DNA from: an uncultured Trueperaceae bacterium
GTDB lineage: Bacteria; Deinococcota; Deinococci; Deinococcales; Trueperaceae
DNA: 64,000 nt
Assembly (NCBI GenBank): GCA_963799485.1
Contig: CAWCXJ010000006.1
Location: forward strand, 672,001-736,000
Direction: 5' to 3'
Position 1 is the stretch's first letter. The number at the start of each line of letters is the position of its first letter. Positions 41,228-51,010 of the stretch are shown piece by piece. The translations under genes and the position numbers were made by a program. The notes below the pieces were generated by a model that saw only the letters and a list, made by a program, of their open reading frames with translations, did not search any database and was not told the origin of the DNA.

Positions 41228-41243
41228 CAGTAGTTAGCAATGA

Positions 41244-41281
41244 GTAACGGGCAATGAGAGTTTTACTCATTGCCCGTTGCC
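41244..41281 (+). terminator. Hairpin after the Crp-family gene
   Basis: AACGGGCAATGAG-agtttta-CTCATTGCCCGTT, T-rich downstream. Confidence 0.7.
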
Positions 41282-41307
41282 TCTTTTTGACTATTCCAAG
41301 CGTAAGG

Positions 41308-41331
41308 TTCAAGCCACCGCCTTTAGGCGGT
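41308..41331. mobile_element. IS200/IS605-type end-hairpin remnant
   Basis: TTCAAGCCACCGCCTTTAGGCGGT resembles IS605 subterminal palindromes; it lies next to the IS1 end. Confidence 0.4.
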
Positions 41332-41339
41332 CAGATTTC

Positions 41340-42145
41340 GGTAGTGGTCCACCATCAACTGATAGTGCCACGTTCTAGGTTATAACGAACGAGAAACATA
41401 TGTAAGCAGATGAGGTGCATGTGTTCGGACTTGGAGAAGGATAAAGTTTTTCTGATAAAACGAGCGAGGCGCTGTCGGATGGTGTTGTTGAAGCGTTCAA
41501 CATGAGCGGTCAAGCCGGAGTCTTTGCCCACGGCCTGGTGTTGTTCATCAGGAATCACAGCTTGGTAAGCTTCCCAGAAGTCGCTGAAGACAATGCTTTG
41601 CTTGTAGCTTTCGGGAATGTTGCTCCACAGCTTGCGACAGGTGTCGATGCCGCGCCCACCTATGACACAAGCAACGACCTGTTTGGTTTGTTTGCAAACC
41701 GCTAACCAGACCCACCGTTTGTTGCGTTTGCAGCCCACAAATGACCAAAGTGCCCCAAACGAAGTGGCAGGGTACATCTCATCGAGTTCGAGTTGCAGCG
41801 CTTCAGAGTTCTCGGGGGTGACAAGCGTGGCGCTAAGCGGCGGTGTTGTCTCGGCTTTTTTTAAGCCACTTCGCTACCGTAGTACGGGACACGCCGAAGG
41901 TCCGGGTCAGTCCACGCATACTGGAACGCTCCTGATACGCCTTGAGTATCTCGTCTTTCTTTTGTTCGCCGTAGCCTTTGGCAGCCGGATTCTCGCGACT
42001 GGACTTGCCACACCCTCGACACAGGTATTTTTGTTTGCCGTTAGGAGCATGACCGTTCTTGACAAGTTGGTCGCTTTCGCAGTGCTGGCAGTGAACAACT
42101 TTAGTGACCATCCCTTAGCTTATCAGTCTTTGATGACCCACTACC
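41340..42145 (-). mobile_element. IS1-family element (insA 42111-41833; insB to 41355 via -1 frameshift)
   Basis: Ends GGTAGTGG / CCACTACC; InsA zinc finger CQHC..KNGH..YLCRGC; A7 slippery site at 41856-41862; InsB LELDEM..WSFVG, SDFWEAY, HVERFNNTIRQR. Confidence 0.92.
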
Positions 42146-42919
42146 GAAACGGCTAAGCGTCTGAAAGCGGAGGGTTTTAGCCTGTCCACCATAGCGGCCA
42201 AACTCGGCGTCGGCTCGTACGCCGAATAGCGTTGAACGTTAGGAGTACCTTGAGCCGTTGGTTCGCCCAAGGCACTTATGCCAATAAGCAGCGCAGTCGC
42301 ATCCTCGAAGCCTATCGACCCTATCTCAGACAAAGGTGGGAAGCGGGCATAAGTAACAAGATGCAGCTTTACCGGGAGATTATGGCGCAAGGATTTACCG
42401 GTGCCTACGGACTCGTCTACGCCTACTTCGCCGAGCTAGAAGCTGGGATTGGGCTTTTGAGTGCGAGCAAGAAGCAAAACGTTCAACGCTATTCGGCGTA
42501 CGAGGCGACCCGGTTATTCACACGTCAACGAGCTACGTTAAATCGGCACGAGATCAGACGGCTCGAGCAACTCTTCAAGAATGTGAAGGAGGCTGAGCTT
42601 TGCTATGAGCTGGCGCAACGCTTCGTGTTCTTGTTTGAGCAGGAGCAAGCACCCGAGCAGACCCTCGCGGCATTTGACCGTTGGCTCAAAGACGCCATAA
42701 ATAGTGGCATCGACGAACTTGCCCGCTTGGCAAAGGGCTTTAGTAACGACAGGCTCGCTATCGGAGCGGCTTTAACCCTGCCCTGGAGCAACGGTCCGAC
42801 GGAAGGTAAAATTACTAGGCTCAAACTTCTGAAGCGGCAAATGTACGGACGAGCCAGCTTTGATCTACTTAGACAAAAGGTGCTTCTTGCGGCCTGACCA
42901 CAAAACTTTCGTAAGAGCC
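42146..42919 (+). mobile_element. ISL3-family transposase 3' fragment, truncated by IS1
   Basis: LEAYRPYLRQRW..LYREI..GFTG, WSNGPTEGKITRLKLLKRQMYGRASFDLLR; right end ..TAAGAGCC. Confidence 0.85.
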
Positions 42920-43216
42920 AGTCGCTTCTCGGTTTGGGCTTAATTACGCATAGAACTTAGATCGTTTCACTCAGGTCGTGTTCCGGCCTCGTCCAGCCTT
43001 GCAGATGCGAGCTCTAAGCTCCGGCAACCGCTCGGACTCTACCGGAGACGTCGGCACGACGACCCTTGCTTTTTTACGGTCTCAGCGACCTTGGGGTCTT
43101 CGGTCTGCCGCGCCGTGTCCCATGCTCAAGATACAAGGGGTCTCATTTCTCCTATCAAAATATTCGTCTAGCACGCACCCATTTTTTGCCGATTAGGTAT
43201 ATCAAGAAACGGTCGT

Positions 43217-44918
43217 GATACTGTTGGCGAAATCAGAAACCAACGGCCAGGGCGGCGAAACGGGATATGCGGGTACGCGCGTGCGGTTTGCCCTCGAGCC
43301 AGTCGAACACCCGAGAAAGATTGATCCCGACCGCCGTTGCCACGTGTTGCAGCGAGGTCTTGGCGAGTCCCCGGTAGCGGCTGGTCCGCAGGCCACACAA
43401 ACGGATGCCTTGGGATAAGGTACCTTCGATTCCTGAACGCCGGGAATAGGCGTGCACACCTGCTGCTGTTGAGAAAGAGTTTCGTGCGCTGTTCAAAGCT
43501 TTGTACTGGTCTTTGGGGTGAAAATTCAACATTCGCCGGTTGCTTCGGGTGCACTTATGCTTACTCGGACACGACAAGCAATCTGCACGTCGAAACCGGA
43601 CCTGGATAAACGGGTACCCATCACGGTGCATATGTTGCTTCCATGAAGCAGTTTGTTTACCCCTAGGGCATGTTACTTGCTGCCTCTGCCAGTCGATAGT
43701 AAAGGCACGCTGATCAAACGCACCTTCGGTTCGACCCTGCCAGCTTTTATCACTGCGCGGCGGACCGATTAGTTTAATCCCCTTTTCTCTACTACTGCAC
43801 AACAACCCGGCGTCCACGTAGCCTGCGTCTACCAAGTGCTCCTTAGGCGTGAGTTCTTTGGCGACTAAGGATTGCTGAACGGTTTCGGTACAAGAGACGT
43901 CTTGCTCCACCGAGTCGGTCGTGAGTACGTCGGTGATGAGATGCACGCCGTCGTCGTCACAGGTTTCGGTGAGATGCACCTTGTATCCCACCCACTTTGT
44001 CCCGGCTTTCTGGCTGAATTTCGCTTCGGTGTCATAAGGTGATTCCAGACGTATTGGGGAGTGGAACCGCTCTTTATTGGTTGTCTACCTAAGTCCCTGA
44101 TTTTTACCACCCTCATCCTCTCGAACGAAATGCTGCTGCCACACAAGACGCAGCGTTTCTACTGCGTCCAGCTCAGTGAGCTGCTGGGGTGCTTCTTGGG
44201 CTAAAGCTTCTAGCAGGGTGAAGCCGTCTTCAGCTATTTGCATACCCAGCTTTTCCTTGGCTCTTGCCCCTTTGGGAAGGCGGTAATCTTCGACACGCCT
44301 GCCGTAGCGCTCAAACCAGGCAGGCTCAGCCACACCCTGCAGCCAGTCTGGGTCTTCTTTTGCCAGCTCATTTAAGGTGGCTCGCAACGTCTCGCCTACC
44401 AATTCGAGTCGGTTGAGTACCCGTATGGACGCGAGCACATGGGTGGAGTCAGTGCGCTGCTTGCCGCGGGCTTTGACTAGCCCTATCGTTTGAAGGTGTG
44501 CCAGCACGTTGTCGAGCAGTAGCTGTTCGGCTTCTCCCTGAACCAAGCGACTGCGAAACTCACTTAGCGCCGAGTAGTCGAAGCCGGGGTCGGTCAGCTC
44601 GAGCCCGAGCAGATACTTTAGGTCGATGCGGGCACGAACCGCGTCGGCAGCCCCCCGGTCGGAGAGATTCTCGAGAAACTGGACGACTGTGACGGAAGCT
44701 AGACGCCAGGGCGAGAGCGAGGGCTGGCCACGCTCAGAGAACAGCTCGGCGAAGTCCTCGTCGCGGTACAGCGCGCCAAACTCGTCTCTAATTCTTAAGT
44801 ACAGGTTCCCTTTGGGAAAGGCGGCTTTGGCGACGCGGCTAGTTTCCCCTGGCACAACGCTGATCTTGTTTGGTTTTAGCATCACTCATTATGGCTTCTT
44901 AATTTCGCCAACAGTATC
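43217..44918 (-). mobile_element. IS1182-family element with a nonsense-mutated transposase
   Basis: Perfect 17-bp IRs GATACTGTTGGCGAAAT (43217-43233, 44902-44918); 8-bp target duplication ACGGTCGT; QRTDSTH, GYKVHLTETC, VDAGY, RSGIEGTLSQ; in-frame TAG at 44085-44087. Confidence 0.93.
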
Positions 44919-45242
44919 ACGGTCGTTTTAGTTAACCGTCGGACTGCCGTGGCTTACGCTAGAGACGGCCCGTTCTGCCGCATAGTGATCCGTCCGCTAA
45001 AAACCGACTGGGTTAGGTAGTGTGGCGACGCCAATGCGCCATATATGTAGCCACCAAACGGCTAGAGTTCATAAGGCGGCCTCCTCTGCGAAGTAGAATC
45101 TCACTCTATACGTATTTGGCAAATGAACCACATATGGGATTAAGCGAAAGATCACAATTATCCAGCATCAAGCACTCCAAAAAGGATTCCGAGAGTTAAT
45201 CAATCATTTACCCTGTTCACGGCGCGGCCAACTTCCGTTATT

Positions 45243-45296
45243 CACACCAATTCCACACATCTTGCACCCAACAAGTACACGCGCCTCCTGCAAACT
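45243..45296 (+). promoter_or_regulatory. Direct-repeat box plus -10 upstream of the DedA/VTT gene
   Basis: CACACCAATTCCACACA-N31-CAAACT. Confidence 0.65.
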
Positions 45297-45354
45297 TACA
45301 ACCAGACAGCGGTTACCCAAATCCGAACCGCCCACCGAAAAAGAAGAGGAGATC

Positions 45355-46179
45355 GTGGAAAACACAGCGCGCGTCAGGACGTCTAGAAGCGGAGCTTGGC
45401 TCGAGCGAAGCGAGACAGCGTCGCTCGAAACAAAAAGAACCCGCTCGCACAATTTAGATGGACACAAGCTGCTGCGCTACGCCGCGCTATTCGTCTGGGC
45501 GGCGCTCATGGTTGTGTTCTGGTTAGGGGTGCGCAGCGCGGACGTCGGCGCGCTCGAGTATCTGCTCGGCGTCATCGACACGGTGTCGCGCAACGCCTGG
45601 GCACCCGCCGCGTTACTGACCCTCTACCTGCTCCGCCCGCTGTTCCTGGTGCCCATCACGCTGCTCAATCTCGCCTCGGGCTTTCTGCTTGGTTCTTGGT
45701 GGGGCGTGGCGTTCGGGCTGACGGGCGTGCTGCTCTCCTCTACAAGCGGCTACGGGATCGGTCGCTTTTTCGGTTCGGCAGAGCTAGGGGAGACGTTATC
45801 GGCGCGGTGGTCCCTCGTGCGGATGTTGCGGAACCGGGGCTTCGAGGCGGTGCTCGCGGGCGGTCTCATGTACCTGCACGCGGACGCCGTCAACCTGCCG
45901 TCGGGCGTCATGCGAATTCGCTTCCCTGTCTTCTTAGCCGGCATCGCCCTCGGCAACGCGCTCACGCTCACGACGGCGGTGCTGGCTGGGGCGTCGGTAG
46001 AGGGCGGGCTGGCGGACGCGGCCGTCACAGTGGATCCCACCTATCTGGCAGTCGCGGCGGCGCTCTTCCTTGTCAGCCTCATGCTGGCTTATTTGGTACG
46101 AAAGCGCGTGCGTCTGGGAGGTGAGGGCAAGAATGACAAAGGCAACGAGAGGGTGAGGGCGTCCGCGCGTCTCACCTAG
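45355..46179 (+). CDS. TVP38/TMEM64 (DedA/VTT) family membrane protein
   Basis: GAGGAG RBS and GTG start; LYLLRPLFLVP..LASGFLLG..YGIGRFFG; hydrophobic throughout. Confidence 0.8.
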   Translation: MENTARVRTSRSGAWLERSETASLETKRTRSHNLDGHKLLRYAALFVWAALMVVFWLGVRSADVGALEYLLGVIDTVSRNAWAPAALLTLYLLRPLFLVPITLLNLASGFLLGSWWGVAFGLTGVLLSSTSGYGIGRFFGSAELGETLSARWSLVRMLRNRGFEAVLAGGLMYLHADAVNLPSGVMRIRFPVFLAGIALGNALTLTTAVLAGASVEGGLADAAVTVDPTYLAVAAALFLVSLMLAYLVRKRVRLGGEGKNDKGNERVRASARLT

Positions 46180-46193
46180 CATCAGCGCTTGTC

Positions 46194-46247
46194 TACACAA
46201 AATCCACACAAGAGGAGCATAGAACCCACCGTCTCCCTTTCTAAACT
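46194..46247 (+). promoter_or_regulatory. Direct-repeat box plus -10 upstream of the YceI gene
   Basis: TACACAAAATCCACACA-N31-TAAACT. Confidence 0.65.
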
Positions 46248-46292
46248 GATCACAGGTTTGAACAAACCGACATAACTCAGAGGAGGAATACT

Positions 46293-47000
46293 GTGAAATC
46301 CATTCAGATAGGACAACAAAGAAACTGGCGGAGGTGGCTCATAGGCGGTGCCGGGCTCGCTGTACTCGTCGCCCTCTCGCTCGTGGCGTGGTCGCTCTTC
46401 AAGCCGACTGAGGCAGCAAGCGGACCCGTTCAAGCGGCGGCGCTGGAGACCTCAGCAGCCGACGCCACGGTTTACACCTTCGCTGCCGGCGACGCCGAAG
46501 CGAGCTTCCTCATCGACGAGGTGCTGCGCGGCGAGGACGTCACGGTCGTCGGCACGACCGACCAGGTCGCTGGAGAGCTGTCTTTTAACTTCGCCGACAC
46601 GAGCACGGCGCAGCTCGGCACGGTGCGCGTGAACGTCCGCGACCTCGCCACCGACAGCGAGTTCCGCGACCGCGCCATCAAGAACCAGGTTCTCTTGACT
46701 GACGATTACGAATACGTGAGCTTCACGCCGACCGAGATCACGGGCTTGCCCGAGAGCGTGAGCCCGGGCGACACCTTCGAGGCGCAGATCACAGGCGACC
46801 TAACGATCACCGACGCGACCTTGCCCGTCACCTTCGACGCTGCCATCACCGTCGTGTCAGAGGGCGAGTTGACTGGCACGGCAACGACGAACTCTGCTTA
46901 CGAGGATTTCGGCTTAACTATCCCCTTCTCACAGTCGGTGGACGCGGTTTCGGACACGGTGACGCTCGAGCTGGACTTCACGGCGCAGGCACAGGGTTGA
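46293..47000 (+). CDS. Membrane-anchored YceI-family protein
   Basis: EASFLIDEVL..VVGTT..LATDSEFRDRAI..GDLTI..FGL. Confidence 0.85.
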   Translation: MKSIQIGQQRNWRRWLIGGAGLAVLVALSLVAWSLFKPTEAASGPVQAAALETSAADATVYTFAAGDAEASFLIDEVLRGEDVTVVGTTDQVAGELSFNFADTSTAQLGTVRVNVRDLATDSEFRDRAIKNQVLLTDDYEYVSFTPTEITGLPESVSPGDTFEAQITGDLTITDATLPVTFDAAITVVSEGELTGTATTNSAYEDFGLTIPFSQSVDAVSDTVTLELDFTAQAQG

Positions 47001-47105
47001 GTAAGACTTCAATGGAGAGTGTCTTCCGCGAGAAGGTACCGCTTCACGTCGCTGCATCGGCGGTCGTCCAAACGAGCAGCGTTTTACACTAAGGGCGAGG
47101 TTCTT

Positions 47106-47435
47106 GTGCACACCATACTCATCGTTGAGGACGAACTGGACATCGCCGAAACGGTCGAACTCTACCTCCGCAAAGAGGGATACAGGACCGAGCGAACGGG
47201 TTACGGCAGGCGTGCCCTCGAGCTGTGGCGGGCCGCGAAGCCCGACCTCATCCTCCTCGACATCGGGCTGCCCGAGGTGGACGGGCTCGAGGTCTTGCGC
47301 CGGGTCCGCGCAGAGTCGAGCGTACCCGTCATCATGTTCACCGCCAGGGCTGTAGAGATCGACGAACTCCTATGGTTGGGTAGGCGCGGACGACCACGTC
47401 ACCAAGCTGTTCTCCCCACGCACGCTCCTCGCTAC
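47106..47435 (+). pseudogene. Truncated, frameshifted OmpR-family response regulator
   Basis: ILIVEDE..DLILLDIGLPEVDGLEVL..MFTAR, frameshift, then GADDHVTK; no DNA-binding domain. Confidence 0.8.
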
Positions 47436-47701
47436 TAGGGACAGTTCGCTTCAGCTTTGGCGCACACGGTAATCACATAGGCGAAGCGCATCCCGCCGAG
47501 GTACTCCCTAACGCTTTTAGCGCGGTGCCCTGCCATATCGAAGCCCAGCTCGTCCATCACCCGCAGGGTATAGGGGTTAATCACGCTAGGGGCCAAGCCC
47601 GCGCTGTAGGCCGTGAAGCGCTCGCCGCCATAGTTACGCAAGAACGCTTCGGCCATCTGGCTCCGCGCCGAGTTGCCGGTGCAGAGAAACAGCACATTCA
47701 T
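47435..47701 (-). pseudogene. arsC: Second arsenate reductase (LMW-PTP type), 3' truncated
   Basis: [26 protein letters not shown] then stop; lacks the distal HW.F.DP segment. Confidence 0.75.
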
Positions 47702-48174
47702 CTCGAAAAACCTTTCTCGGGCAGTCTGCCCGCTTCGATCAGCCGGGATTCCGTAGGGGTTTCGCCTTTAGCTATTGCCTCGACTAGCGCCCGGCTCATG
47801 CCGCCCAGTGCGTCCCGCACCTCGCGCCACTTCTCTAGGCTTTGCCTGCCAGGGTCGGGAAACGACACGTGCAGCCGCGTGGTTTTCGCCGGATAAAGAG
47901 GACAGGCTTCATTGGCGCTGTCGCACACTGTCACCACCACATCAAACGCCCACGGGTCGGGCAGCTCGTCCAGCGTTTTGGACGTGTGGCCGGAGAGGTC
48001 GATACCCACTTCCTGCATCACCGTGACGGCCTCCGGTTTGACCTGCGTCTTTTCCGTCCCGGCTGACTGCACCTCGATAGACGCGGCAAGGTCGTTAGCG
48101 TAGTGGCGCACCCAGCCTTCGGCCATCTGGCTCCGCGCCGAGTTATGGGTGCAAAGCAGTAAAACCCGTGTCAT
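47698..48174 (-). CDS. arsC: Thioredoxin-dependent arsenate reductase (LMW-PTP fold)
   Basis: [30 protein letters not shown]. Confidence 0.9.
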   Translation of the reverse strand: MTRVLLLCTHNSARSQMAEGWVRHYANDLAASIEVQSAGTEKTQVKPEAVTVMQEVGIDLSGHTSKTLDELPDPWAFDVVVTVCDSANEACPLYPAKTTRLHVSFPDPGRQSLEKWREVRDALGGMSRALVEAIAKGETPTESRLIEAGRLPEKGFSR

Positions 48175-49316
48175 GCGCGTTCCCCCTTGACGGTGTGGCT
48201 TATTTCCGTGGCGCAACCCGCATCCGCCGCTTGCAGCACCGTTGCCGAGGTTGGTTCAGGCTCCCCGAAATAGCGCCGCCGCAGCCAGAAGGCGACCGAA
48301 ACGAGCCCGATCATCGCCGGAACCTCGACCAGCGGCCCGATCACGGCGGCGAACGCCACGCCGGAGCCGACGCCGAACACCGCCACGGCGACCGCTAGGG
48401 CCAGCTCGAAATTGTTCCCGGCAGCGGTAAAAGACAAGGTAGCGGTTTGCGAGTAGTCAGCCCCGACGAGCTTACCCATCCCGAAGGAGACGAGGAACAT
48501 CACCCCGAAGTAGATCAGTAGCGGCGCGGCGATCAGCAGCACGTCAAGCGGCTGGGCGAGAATTGCGACCCCTTGCAGGCTGAACATCACTACGATGGTA
48601 AAAAGCAGCGCCAGCAGCGTCACCGGGCTGATACGCGGCAAGAAAACCGTGTCGTACCAGCTTTGCCCCTTACGCGGAATCAGCACCACCCGGCACAGCA
48701 CCCCCACCACGAAGGGGATACCGAGGTAAATCAGCACGGCTCGAGCCACCTCCCCAATGCTGATACCGATGACGTTCCCCTCAAGCCCGAACAGGGGCGG
48801 CATGACCGAGAGGAAAAACCAAGCATAGACGCTGAAAAAAAGTACCTGAAATACGCTGTTAAAGGCCACCAGCCCCGCCGCATAGTCCCGATCACCTTCG
48901 GCTAGTTCATTCCATACCAGCACCATTGCAATACAGCGGGCCAGCCCGATCAGAATCAAGCCCACCATGTATTCGGGATGGTTATGCAGGAAGATAATAG
49001 CCAGAAAGAACATCAAAAACGGGCCGATCAGCCAGTTTTGCAGCAGCGACAACCCTAGCACCCGGACGTTGCGGAACACCTGCGGCAGCTTGCCGTAACG
49101 CACCTTGGCGAGCGGCGGAATCATCATCAGCACCAGCCCGATAGCGATAGGGATATTGGTTGCGCCGACGCTGAGAGTGTCCAAAGCGCGACCCACATCC
49201 GGCACTGCCGCGCCGAGGGCGACGCCCGCCGCCATCGCTAGGAAAATCCATAGCGTTAGATAGCGGTCGAGAAATGACAGCCGTTTGCGCGGTGCCGGTA
49301 GGGGCGCGGTGGTCAT
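48171..49316 (-). CDS. acr3: ACR3-family arsenite efflux transporter
   Basis: [40 protein letters not shown]. Confidence 0.95.
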   Translation of the reverse strand: MTTAPLPAPRKRLSFLDRYLTLWIFLAMAAGVALGAAVPDVGRALDTLSVGATNIPIAIGLVLMMIPPLAKVRYGKLPQVFRNVRVLGLSLLQNWLIGPFLMFFLAIIFLHNHPEYMVGLILIGLARCIAMVLVWNELAEGDRDYAAGLVAFNSVFQVLFFSVYAWFFLSVMPPLFGLEGNVIGISIGEVARAVLIYLGIPFVVGVLCRVVLIPRKGQSWYDTVFLPRISPVTLLALLFTIVVMFSLQGVAILAQPLDVLLIAAPLLIYFGVMFLVSFGMGKLVGADYSQTATLSFTAAGNNFELALAVAVAVFGVGSGVAFAAVIGPLVEVPAMIGLVSVAFWLRRRYFGEPEPTSATVLQAADAGCATEISHTVKGERA

Positions 49317-49627
49317 GCGGCAACTTCATCCGTCTTCACGGTTTCATAGCGGCCCAACTGCTCACGTACCGCCGCAAAAGCAGTAGGTTCGAGATCGTAA
49401 TACACCCATTTCCCGCGTTTATCGCCGCGCACAAAGCCCGCTCGCACGAGCAGCTTCATGTGATGACTCACAGCAGGCTGCGAGAGGCCGAGGAAGGTTT
49501 CCAAGTCACAGCCACAGACACCCTCATCACGGCTGCAACAGCTCTGAATCGGCTCTAACAGAAAATTTAGAATGTTCAGGCGGTGCGGGTCGGCAAGCGC
49601 CTTGAGTTTGAGAGCGAGATCATCCAT
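49313..49627 (-). CDS. arsR: ArsR/SmtB-family repressor
   Basis: [39 protein letters not shown]. Confidence 0.92.
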   Translation of the reverse strand: MDDLALKLKALADPHRLNILNFLLEPIQSCCSRDEGVCGCDLETFLGLSQPAVSHHMKLLVRAGFVRGDKRGKWVYYDLEPTAFAAVREQLGRYETVKTDEVAA

Positions 49628-49637
49628 ACAAGTATTC

Positions 49638-49663
49638 TATACATAAACAGATTCAAATGTGTA
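49638..49663. promoter_or_regulatory. Putative ArsR operator between arsR and the DUF6428 gene
   Basis: Imperfect inverted repeat TATACAT..N12..ATGTGTA overlapping the arsR -10 (TAGAAT). Confidence 0.5.
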
Positions 49664-49714
49664 ATGCTATTGTCAGCGTAAGGCTTGACCTAAACCTTTA
49701 CTGAAGGAGCTATC

Positions 49715-50209
49715 ATGTCGCACCCCTCATTCACCGCCCAGTTTGAAGCCGCGCCCGCCAAATCTTTACGGTTTACCGTGGACGGCCAGCAGCTTGTGCC
49801 GAACGATTTTCACGTGACCGAAATCAAAAAAGTTTCGATTGAATCGCTCGATTGTGGCGGCGGCGCGAGCGCGTGGGAAGAGCTGGTGATTCAGCTCTGG
49901 TCGCCGCGTGGCGACGATACCCCCGAGCCGATGACGGTCGGCAAGTTTGCCAGTATCTTGGCGAAAGCCGACGCGCTGCCCCTGCTCGACGGCGAGCATG
50001 TGCGCTTTGAATATGCGCCCGTGGGCCAGCCAGCGGTGCAGTACGCGCTAAGCCGCATCAACGCCGAGGGCGACGCGCTAGAAGTGGAACTGATTGCGCC
50101 CTATGTGGCCTGCAAGCCCATCGAACGCGGCCAGATGAGCGAGCTGTCAGTTATCGGAGAAGCGGCCTGTTGTGCGCCCAGCACTAGCCAGGCGAAAGCC
50201 TGCTATTGA
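49715..50209 (+). CDS. DUF6428-like protein with Cys-rich tail
   Basis: FHVTEIKK..LDCGG..WEELVIQLW, ACKP, C-terminal ACCAP..ACY. Confidence 0.75.
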   Translation: MSHPSFTAQFEAAPAKSLRFTVDGQQLVPNDFHVTEIKKVSIESLDCGGGASAWEELVIQLWSPRGDDTPEPMTVGKFASILAKADALPLLDGEHVRFEYAPVGQPAVQYALSRINAEGDALEVELIAPYVACKPIERGQMSELSVIGEAACCAPSTSQAKACY

Positions 50210-50237
50210 GCTGAATTCCTACCGTTTATTACATCAG

Positions 50238-50897
50238 CTAAGCAGGACAGGCACAGGCATCAGCCGGACAACGGCCTGCCGGACACAAGGCCGGGTGCAG
50301 CTCCTGCCACGCTTCGGTCATTACTGTAAAGGCCGAGTGCAGGAACACCGCCACGATCACCAAACTAATCAGTAAATCCGGCCAGATCGAGCTGGTGAGC
50401 GCCGTCGCACCCGCCGCGAGAATCACGCCGGTGTTCGCTACAATGTCGTTGCGCGAGCAGAGCCACGTCGAACGCATATTGATGTCGTCGCTCCGGTGCC
50501 GGGTAAGTAAATAGAGACACACGCCGTTAGCGATGAGGGCCACCATAGCGGTTAGCGCCATCAGGCCAGCGATAGGCGTTTCCGGCACATAGAGTTTATA
50601 GATTGCCTGCCCCAGCACCCCAAGGCCGAACACCGCCATGATGCCGCCTTTGAGCAAAGCCGACCGCGCCCGCCAGTGCAGCGCCCGTCCGATAACAAAG
50701 AGGCTAAAACCGTAAACGAGCGTGTCGCCCAGCATGTCGAGCGAATCCGCTAATAGCGCCACCGAGCCGACCAGTAGCCCCATGACCAGCTCAACTACGA
50801 ACATGCCGCCATTGATCCCCAAGACCGTCCATAGCACCTTGGACTGGCTTTTTTGCAGCGCTTCGACTTCGCAACCTTTATCTTGTCAACAGGACAT
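50238..50897 (-). pseudogene. CDF-type cation transporter with in-frame TGA at codon 4
   Basis: TATAAT-N6-ATG at 50897 reads MSC*QDKGCEVEALQ..; ALLADSLDMLGD, DINMRSTWLCSRND, WPDL. Confidence 0.7.
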
Positions 50898-51010
50898 GCG
50901 ATAATTATAGGCGCTTCTCAGGAAATTGCAGTTATTGAGCTGAAACACCCATAGCTAACCTGAGTTCGAAAAGCTCTTAATTCTTATTGTGAAGAATTGT
51001 TTCAAACCGT

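Noticed and set aside
41856..41862. A7 run splitting the IS1 transposase
   Set aside because: This is the known programmed -1 frameshift of IS1, not a defect or a novelty
42920..43208. Short ORFs between ISL3 and IS1182, and similarly in 44927-45240 and 62940-63470
   Set aside because: No recognisable motifs, starts or RNA structure; left unannotated as probable decayed DNA
4394..46124. Long antisense or alternative-frame ORFs (4394-5089, 11608-12324, 22183-23016, 27332-28150, 33661-34383, 45396-46124)
   Set aside because: They overlap well-supported genes, carry no recognisable motifs, and are the expected shadow ORFs of GC-rich coding DNA
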